Position numbers and translations under genes: made by a program. Shown here piece by piece: positions 55,842-64,000 of a stretch of DNA of 64,000 bases. The stretch comes from Hyaloraphidium curvatum SAG 235-1. Taxonomy: Eukaryota; Fungi; Monoblepharomycota. Every line of letters starts with the position of its first letter. The first letter of the stretch is position 1. Location of the stretch: positions 372,001 to 436,000 of the forward strand of contig JAIVFI010000021.1 of the NCBI GenBank assembly GCA_025558095.1, in the 5' to 3' direction. The notes below the pieces were generated by a model, which ran no database searches, had not been told where the DNA came from, and saw only the letters and a program-made list of their open reading frames with translations.

Positions 55842-56148
55842 TGTGAAAATGAAAGTTGATTCAATTGAACCCTGGCGAGCGAGTTTCCCAGAAGTGTCCC
55901 GAAACCAAGGCGCTGAATAAACTGAGGCGGGTGATTCGTGACGCTCAACGGCATGGGCACCCAACCCTCTGGAACACAGTACGGTAGGTCACCACGGCGG
56001 GTACTCGAACTGCTGTGAAGGGGGGGCCTCTTTGTGCGCGAAACTTCGCCGAAGTCTTTTTCGTGCACATTGAGTGACCAGACAAGTTTGATTCGCCGAG
56101 GCTCCTTCAGCCCTGACTCACCCTCGCTCACACCAATAACATCATCCT

Positions 56149-58131
56149 ATGACTAAAGCGCATCGCCAGCCGCAGGGCGACCGAGGATTAGCTGAAAGCA
56201 GATACGCCGGTCCTATTGTGGTCGCCATCGCATGCGCGCTGGTTGCCTGCAGGACCATGGCCTGCCAGCAGGTCCTGGGGTCGCCCATCATTCCGAATGC
56301 CACGTACAGCCCGCTTCTCGATACGCGCGGCGTCACAGAATCACGCGTAAGGGTCACGGCAACTACTGTGCTTCCCTTCGCCGGTGTAGCCGCCGTCCTC
56401 GCAAGCGGTCGCCACGGGACCCTTTCATGGTTTCGTGACCGCCTAGCTCTTTCTTGACTGACTCTAACATCCGGCTGCCCGTCGCAGCTCTGGAGCAGTC
56501 GTCGCAGCCGCCTCCGGCCGTCTCACGCTGCTGACGGCTGCGAGCTGTCTCTACTACAAGAAAATCGGCAACTCAGCCTTCGTTGACAGCGTTGTTGCCA
56601 CTCCCGCAAGAAACGGTGCCTCTGCACCCTTTGGTGCGCTGCGTGGAACGGTGTTGTATATTCCTCGGGCGTACACCACTGCCCTGAAGAACGGTAACAT
56701 GTTGGTTGCCTCCCGGCATGATTATGCCTTAGGTGGGTCCCGCCAGACGTTTTTTCTACCAAACCAACGCGTCAGGGCAGTGTCACTTTCAGCCACGTCA
56801 CGCCGACCTGCAACCTTCCAACTGTGGAGCCAATCCCGTCGCCAAACGACCATTGTGACCACCGCAGGCTACCCCATTGACACCGGTGGCTCACTGATGT
56901 GGAAACATCAATGCAGGACCGTTCTGGATCCTGCGAGGCCTACGTTTTCTGCCCCGTGCAACATCACAGCAGGTGAAACCGGAGCACCTCTTTGGATTGT
57001 TGAAACAGGCCCCAGGACGTCTTCAGGCAGTGAGGGTTTACCGTGTCGCGATTTGGGCCACTTTGACCCGTTTAAGCAGTCCGTCTAGTTGGTGTCTGGA
57101 CGTCATTTGCTAACGGTACTTCGGAGAGCCAAGCGCGCATTGCAAATGGGGATGTTGCTAGCTTCTTGGGGGCCGCCGATCGCCTCGGCCCGTCCCCTTG
57201 CGGCAGTCACTGCTCTCGTGATGCCGTGTGCACCTCAGATGGGCAATCTGCAACCTGCATCTGCAAGGCAGGCTTTGCAGGCAACGGCTTAGTCTGTAAG
57301 CGCAAGCCAAATCCCTGCCTCGTCAACAACGGCGGCTGCCGACCCGAGGCAACTTGCACAAACTCGTTTGGTGAGGCCCAATGCCAGTGCAAGCCTGGCT
57401 ATTTTGCCCGGGCCGGGATTTGCGTCCGTACAAACCCTTGCCTTGTGGAGCACGGTGGCTGCAGCTTTAATGCAACTTGTGATAACGTTTCCCCAGGTAC
57501 GGCTCGTTGCAGCTGCAAACCTGGTTTTGCTGGAAATGGCCGGGCTTGCGCCTTTGTGGACGCCTGCCAGTATGAGCAGTACAATGGCCGGCCCTGTGCG
57601 CCAAATGCAACGTGTGCCAACCTCGGCATGGATGCAGTTTGCACCTGCAAACCTGGCTTTGTCGGAGACGGGAAGACCAAGTGCTTCCCTGACCCGTGCA
57701 TAGATGGCGGAGGCTGTTCAGCCAACGCAACGTGCTCCTGGAATTCAACGACAGGCGTTGCCCGTTGCGCATGCAACCCCGATTGGGTCGGTGACGGCCA
57801 GACCTGCTTTGAGGATCTCTGCACGCCAGATAGGATTAATGCTACGTGCGGGATCCCCGAGTTTTACTCGTCGTGTTCGACGGATCCAGCAACGGGTGCT
57901 CCGAGCTGCGTGTGCGTTCAACCAGGGCAGGAAAATCCTTACTCACTCCCGAAGTGCCGGTGCTCCTACGGCACGGAACCCAAGCGGGACCCAATCACGG
58001 GCAACATTAACTGCGAGACGGTTTATGTTTGCTGCCAGATATTTCGTCCGCCGGCACCCTCACTGTCGTGCCGAAGCATGGTTTCCTGCTTGCACCCGGC
58101 ACCTGACTTGGGGTGTTGTAGTGGCGGTTAA
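56149..58131 (+). CDS. Secreted V8/trypsin-like protease homologue followed by EGF-like repeats
   Basis: Spliced N-part CSGAVV...LLTAASCLY...PARNG..PFG...HDYAL, TAGYP and AGETGAPLW. Then about six EGF units (NPC....GGC...ATC......C.CKPG(F/Y).G.G..C). The 3' end may extend to ~58273. Confidence 0.75.
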
Positions 58132-58329
58132 AGTTCCTCTCAGTTCAACTGACGCATTAGCTGCTGCTTGTAGCAACAAATGCGTGGTCGCGTCGAATAC
58201 TTCTCCATTGCAGCACGAGCGGGGCCACGGTCCGATATGGCCCGTGCTTGTGGCCCGCCATGATCCAACCTAAGAAGCCACCATCCAACTCCGCATCCGA
58301 TGATGCCGCGTGCGCGAGGGCGTCCCAAC

Positions 58330-60200
58330 TACAGCAACGCACATGCCCACTGGGGGTCCATCAGCCCGCGATGCCACCGCGCATCGGGGTCAGAGAGTCC
58401 GCGCGTGCCTGCTTGTCCATGACCTCGGTCGTCGCGTCCAAGAAGACAAGAGTTGTTCATCCAGTCCGCGATATGCAGCCATCCGTGCGCACTTCGACAC
58501 GTCGAGCCCAGGGGTCCACAGTCGCGCTGTTGCTCCTCAACGCTGTCAGCTGCGTCTGCCTCAGCAGCCTCCAGCCCGTCGACGATGAACATTCTCGGAA
58601 ATCCAAAGAGGCCAAATCCAACACGACGAATCGGCCTTCGCCGCTCCAGGATGTTAAGATGACTCGGAACTCTTCCCAAGCATCTCGTGGCGATCCCTGA
58701 CCTCAAGACAAGCGCATCGCCGTGTCGGCCGTCCAGCATACTCAAGAATTAGGCGAGAAGAGGTGGAGCAGGGAGATATCGCCGGAGAGCCGCGTCAGCA
58801 CCACCTCGGCACCGTGCCGAGTCGCGTGTTCGTCGCACCCATGCCCCGCCTGATCCTCTCACGCGGACGGTTACCTCGGAGTCAGCAGCCTGAGGGGCAG
58901 CGGCACACTGGGGACTAGATCTGCCACTTTCACGGGCTTGGTTTGAAAAGCTGCTCGCCAGCCTCCATTTCCTCGGACAACGTCGCGCTGGCCAGCGAAT
59001 CACCACTGGAAAGCAGTAGCGGAAAGATGAAATAGAATGAGCGTTCCAACGCGGTCGCGGGGGCCGACCAGGCCTTTGTCGGACAAGATCTGGCCAAAAA
59101 CTTGCTCACACAACCTCCTTCGCTGCTGACAGGGCACCAGATCAAGCTCGATATGCGGATCAAGGTGGCTCCGACGCGCGGTAGCGACCGTTACATGCGT
59201 GGGACGTCATTGCAGCGTCTAGTGGGTGCGAACAGACTGATCTCGCGACTCCGGCGTGTGGAAGGTGCAGACTTCTCTCGTCGATGCCATGGCCGGCACT
59301 CGCATGGCTGCCGTTTTGGCGGCGCTCCCGCCCGACTCCCGCCACCGTGCGAACTGGCTCAGCTGTTCTGGGCCCCATGCCGGCGCTGCATTCGGCGCCT
59401 TCGCCACGCATCGCGATCTGGGGATGCCCGACGATGCGTTCGTCACCGAGGCCTGTCTCTGCCTGGATGTCGATCCCGGGTGGGCGCTGCCTCTCCGTGG
59501 CCACCCTTGCCCTCGTGGCTGTGGGCATACCTTGCCTTCTGGCCTTATCCTGTCGCATGCCCTGTCGTGCGGCACACTCGTGGACTTCACCCTTCGCGCT
59601 AAGATCATAGAACGGGCGTTGGCTGCCGAACTTCGTGCTGGTCTCTCCCGCCTCGGTGCTCACGTCACTACCGGCTCGGCCGTCGAATATGTTCGCTATG
59701 GACTCGTCCCTCATCAACCTCTACCCAACTCGGACGGGCACCGCGATATCTCGCAGGACAAGTCGGACATCGTGATCACCGAGCCGGGCCGGCGACCGAT
59801 CATCATTGACCACACGGTGTGCCTCCCGTCTATTTCGCAGTGTCTGGATGCGGCGCACGAGCCTGGGGGTGACGGCCGCGGACGCTGAGGCTAAGAAGGT
59901 GGAATGTTTCAACGGTCGCTTTGCGATCCCGGACCCGGCTCCGGTGGACATGTTCCTCTCGGCCAAGAGACCCACGGTCGGCTCGGACCCGCGGCAGCAG
60001 CCTTCATCCCACGGATCGCCCGACGCGCGCACCCCCGTGGAAGGATCAGACGGTAAGGAATGGGACGTGGGGGGTCTGATGGCACGGTACACGGCTCGCC
60101 TTCGCGCACGGATTCAAATAGCGCGGGCCATGGGCAATGACATCCTTTTTCAGGCGTTGCGTGAGGGCAAGCCCCGGCCGAGGCGGCGGTAGCGGTCTTT
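58330..60200 (+). mobile_element. Decayed 3' part of a non-LTR retrotransposon with restriction-like endonuclease (CRE-like)
   Basis: RANWLSCSGPHAGA, zinc knuckle CPRGCG...SHALSC and KSDIVI...IIIDHTV..P...AA..AEAKK (PD-(D/E)xK-like). Frameshift near 59870; the upstream RT part is degenerate. Confidence 0.72.
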
Positions 60201-60607
60201 GATTTGTATACGCACTGGAGCCCAACACGACTCCGTACCGCAAAGCCTGTTGCGGCAGCACCCTCGTGTCCTCGACATAAAGGAGCAACGTTGAGTATTG
60301 CCATTCGCGCCCAGGACCAACAAATCGCCCTAGCAAGGCTGATCGAGACGAGGAAGCGCTGACCAGCGGCTCCATCTCCGTTTCCATCATCCATCTGTAG
60401 ATTTGTACGTTAGCAGCATCACAAATCTCAAAGATAAGACTCGGACAAAGTTCTTGGTTTCCGAAAGGGTGTCCCAACATAACTGTATCACCCCGTCTTT
60501 CTTCCCGCATATTGCGGGCGCATGGAATGGAAATATAGTAATCCCGTCGTACACTTGGTTTTTCATTCCGCGGCATATCAAGGCGAACCATCAATTGGTT
60601 CGACCAC

Positions 60608-62054
60608 ATGCTGTCGCGTTCGGAAGCGCTTTTCACTGGCTCCACACGTTGGACGCCAGCCAAATTGGCGTTCCTGGCAATTCTGCTCGTCACAGCTCAT
60701 GCGACGTTTTCCCGCTTCCATGTGTATACAGGGGCAGGGGTGCAGTTTAGCCCGTTCTTGTTACGAGAGAACCCCCTTTCTTCCAGGCAGATGCCGGTAA
60801 AGGGCAGTCAAGTACTGCCTGGGACATGGGAGTGGGCACTGCAGTTCAACATGGCCCAGTCGCGGGCCTGCTTGGCAGAACGCAGGCATGCATTGGATCT
60901 GCAGGTGGTAGACGCCCATTTCAATGGAACAAACCACTGTCTAGCCTTGCTTCAATTTCAAAAAGGACGGGTAAAGGCAGTTCACCACACTGGATCCCAT
61001 TGCCAGGCCGTCATCATTCGGAGCCTCACTGCAGAGGTTGCCTTTGAGCACATTGTCAACGCTTCTTCCTCACTATTTGAGGTTAACCATCCCTTCCAAA
61101 TTTGGCTATATGAAGCAGATCATGCAATCCTCAGCCAGAAGGACTACGATGTGCTGGGACTACCTGTTCTCTGTCCCGGTGTTAGGCACGGAGATCCATG
61201 TGGCATCCCTGTCCCGGAGCTGTACTTCTACTTTGCTGTTGTGGGCTCCACTGATTCTCTTTTGGGCGCATTCACAGCACGGCATGGCGAACGTGCGGTT
61301 GCTGTTCAGGGCTTTGCACAGATGATGCATAAGACTTTCGCCTTCATGCCCACCCTTGGGAACGTCTCCTGGTCTGCGAAGCAAAGCAAAGCTGTATACC
61401 GGGGCAGTTGCTTTCCGACAGCCGATTCGGAGAAGCACGGTGAATACTTGTTTCTGCGCGGGGACACATGCTTGGCTGCAAGCCTCGACAGAGATCTCTT
61501 TGACATTGGGACTCCTATAGTGCCTCAATTTGCAACAGGAGCGGAGGGATATTGTGCAGGCCCATTCTTTGCACAGCTATGCAGTCGTTGTCAGCCTTGC
61601 AATGAGTCTGTACCACTAAGCAGGGACGAAATGGCTCAGCAGTACAGATTTCAGATCAGCATCGATGGGTATGGTCCAACATTTGATGCAATGTAAGTGA
61701 CGAAGATCAAGTGCTCCAGAAAAAGTGATTAAATGTACTTTCAGGTATTGGAAACTGGCAAGCAACAGTGTGGTGCTCCACATAGGTCCACAAGACAGAA
61801 ATGGCAAGAGCAACTTCTTCCAATGGTTCTCGCCTCTCTTGATTCCGTGGGTTAACTACGTGCCGTCGACTGCCGAGAGTTTAGTCAGGGACGTCAAGGC
61901 ATGCTTGAGGGAGGATGAGAGATGCAAATCAATTGCTCAAGCAGGCAGAGAACTCTTCTTACGTGCCATGAGGCTGCAGCATCAACAGAAGTACATCGAA
62001 AACGTCCTGCACATCTTGCATAATGCCTCTGGGTCAATCGATGCTCATACTTAA
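60608..62054 (+). CDS. Glycosyltransferase family 90 (CAP10-like), second copy
   Basis: Signal anchor, SWSAKQSKAVYRGS, YRFQISIDGYG, YWKLASNSVV and QWFSPLLIPWVNYVP. One intron at 61693-61744. Confidence 0.85.
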
Positions 62055-62369
62055 GATTTCGTCACTTCATCCATTACATCCGCTAGGCTAGGTTGTGTGT
62101 TCAAACCTTCTCCGGCGACATGCCGTGATTCAAGCACTGTTGACCACACATCACCTGGGCTTTGCGCACATAGCGCTAGACCATCCTTTGAACGCATACG
62201 CTCCATCCCAGCGGCAGCCTGATATCTTCCAGGTGCGCGATTGGGACGTCACGAATTAGCAATGGAGAACAGGGTACGGTCATTTTAGCCACCCCCTGTC
62301 CATCTTGGATACCGCAGTTCTCACTGTCAGGAGCACAGCACTGAATGCCGCAGTCCGTGGCGATTCTGG

Positions 62370-62940
62370 TCAGGCCTCTGGTGGCGGCCCGGCAAATGCT
62401 GCTAACACGATGTGTACAACGACTTTTACCGACCTCCCCAGTAGACCGAGTTTCTGAAGTTCACTGTCGATGGATTGCACGTTAGAGCGTTGCGGCTCAA
62501 AGCAATAAATGGTCCGCAGTCTATCATTGTCGGTTCCAGTAACGATGGATGGGTGCTAGACTTCGTTGACCTGTAAACACGTGCGTGCCCCACGGCTGCT
62601 TAACCGGTTGAATCGTGCTAGACTTTTGGATTCCGGTGTACGGTGCCCAGTAGCCGAGCCACCCGTTGCGGCCAATGTTGCAAGCGATTAGCACGAGCGT
62701 CTTGTCTAATCGCGGATCCAGATCATGCAATTTCCGAAGAAGCAGGGAAGTCGGGTACTTGTTACCATCAACTAGGGTTTCTCTCGATATGTTGCGAAAG
62801 CGGGATGCGAGCGTTGCCGCGTCGCCTCGCGAGCAGTTTCTTTTCGTTGGACGAAGGGGTGGAGGAGGCGGAGCGAGCTTCACAGCTCGCCACCAGGCAA
62901 GAACCACGACAGCTGTAAAAAGCTTGGTAAGATGCGGCAC
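62370..62940 (-). pseudogene. FkbM-like methyltransferase pseudogene
   Basis: Signal anchor and VLIACNIG..WL..W.P. After a frameshift at ~62540 comes RTIYCFEPQRSNV, then a premature stop. Confidence 0.5.
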
Positions 62941-63046
62941 TGTCTAGCATTTTGGCCGGTCAGAAGTTGTGAATTCAGAAGAACGTGTGAAATCGATTCC
63001 GTGGCGCCAAGGGAAGTGCTGTCCAACCGCCCCATTATCATTCAGA

Positions 63047-64000
63047 ATGCAAGGCGGTTTGAGGGAATGGAAGCACGCCGTCGTGGCGACAGGCTGCATT
63101 ATTCTCTTGGTCTTCACTACGTACTCCGGGCGTCCCTACGAAGTTTCGGAGCCGATGGCGTCCATGGAAATGCCTTCTGCCTTTGTACGCTATGTTCCTT
63201 CGCTCTGGGAACGGAACTGGGCCGAGTACGTGGGAGCCACCAACACGACGGATCCCTGCCGCAGGCTCCAAGAGGCCACAGAGCAGGAGCGCGTTCGGGC
63301 TTATCTAGCCAGCGCCGGTGCTATCAACAACGGACTGCGGCCGATACACACAGAAAACACGGACGAAGACATCATCCTGTCAAAACTGATCTACCGCCGC
63401 GCTGACGGGTCAAAGTACGCAAGATTCTTAGAGCCCTTGATTGGTGGACTCCGTCATCCGGACATGTGCCTCCCTGGCCAGGTGGAGCAGAATGCCAACA
63501 GGTCCTTTATCATCTATGATTGGAGGGCAAATGGCCAGGAGTCCTTCAAGACGGGGAACAAAAGCTGCTCGGACCAGGTGTTTTACTTTGACATGGGGGC
63601 CAGTACGTGGGCCTCTGGCGGAGGTGGTCCCTCTATTTCCTGGTTTTACGAAATCTACCGCGACCGCGGACTAAAGTTCTCGCGCATGTTTCTATGGGAA
63701 GCCGGTAAACTGGATCCGGTTCCGCTCTTTGCGCAATTCCCAGAGGATGTACGGCCGTTTGTACACTACTACAACATACCTGTGGATCGGGAATCAAACG
63801 GAATGTTCAACAGCTTCAACGCTATTCTGGCAACAGCGACCGAAAAGGACTACGTCGTGGTCAAACTTGACATTGACAACGCTGCCGTCGAAGATGCAGT
63901 AGCCAGCCAGTTGATGGGTTCCCCACAGCTCGCGTCTTTGGTGGATGAGTTCTATTATGAGCACCACACAAATTATAACCCCATGGCCCAGCGGTGGGGC
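63047..64000 (+). CDS. FkbM-related methyltransferase-like protein, runs off the window (absent from the ORF track)
   Basis: Open frame from ATG 63047: signal anchor, YVPSLWERNW, FLEPLIGGLRHP, YFDMGASTW..G.GGPS, FLWEA, YVVVKLDID and LVDEFYYEHH. Confidence 0.82.
   Translation, partial: MQGGLREWKHAVVATGCIILLVFTTYSGRPYEVSEPMASMEMPSAFVRYVPSLWERNWAEYVGATNTTDPCRRLQEATEQERVRAYLASAGAINNGLRPIHTENTDEDIILSKLIYRRADGSKYARFLEPLIGGLRHPDMCLPGQVEQNANRSFIIYDWRANGQESFKTGNKSCSDQVFYFDMGASTWASGGGGPSISWFYEIYRDRGLKFSRMFLWEAGKLDPVPLFAQFPEDVRPFVHYYNIPVDRESNGMFNSFNAILATATEKDYVVVKLDIDNAAVEDAVASQLMGSPQLASLVDEFYYEHHTNYNPMAQRWG

Noticed and set aside
1-64000. Whole window or glyco blocks as an endogenous giant virus or bacterial contaminant
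   Set aside because: There are no capsid, polB, packaging ATPase or other viral hallmark genes. Foreign-looking genes are interleaved with intron-rich eukaryotic genes, and some carry introns and signal anchors.

Overview
This is eukaryotic, GC-rich, compact genomic DNA with short (about 47-65 nt) GT-AG introns. Hevein/CBM18 repeats, an Nrg1-like zinc finger, a GT15 mannosyltransferase and a fission-yeast-type phytochelatin synthase point to an early-diverging fungus (chytrid/Monoblepharidomycete-like; inference only). Housekeeping genes (two CAMK-group kinases, ubiquilin/DSK2, a YTH m6A reader, PRMT5, a TBC Rab-GAP) are interleaved with about 12 mostly intronless glycan-modifying genes: two GT90s, FkbM/Methyltransf_22-type methyltransferases, a fucosyltransferase-like protein, GT15, a bacterial-type GT2-GT4 fusion and a DUF5672 protein. 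The first standout is a single intronless ORF fusing bacterial WecD (GNAT) to WecE (PLP aminotransferase) in enterobacterial operon order. The second is an orphan gene in an accessory island of about 11 kb, whose basic helical NUMOD3-like repeats are each encoded by their own symmetric 60/72-nt exon. The third is a set of four scattered phytochelatin-synthase copies or fragments. Also present are a bacterial oxalate-type PanE with one intron, a V8-like pseudoprotease-EGF gene and a decayed CRE-like RLE retrotransposon. I found no rRNA, tRNA or CRISPR array. All family calls come from motif recognition by eye; no database searches were run.
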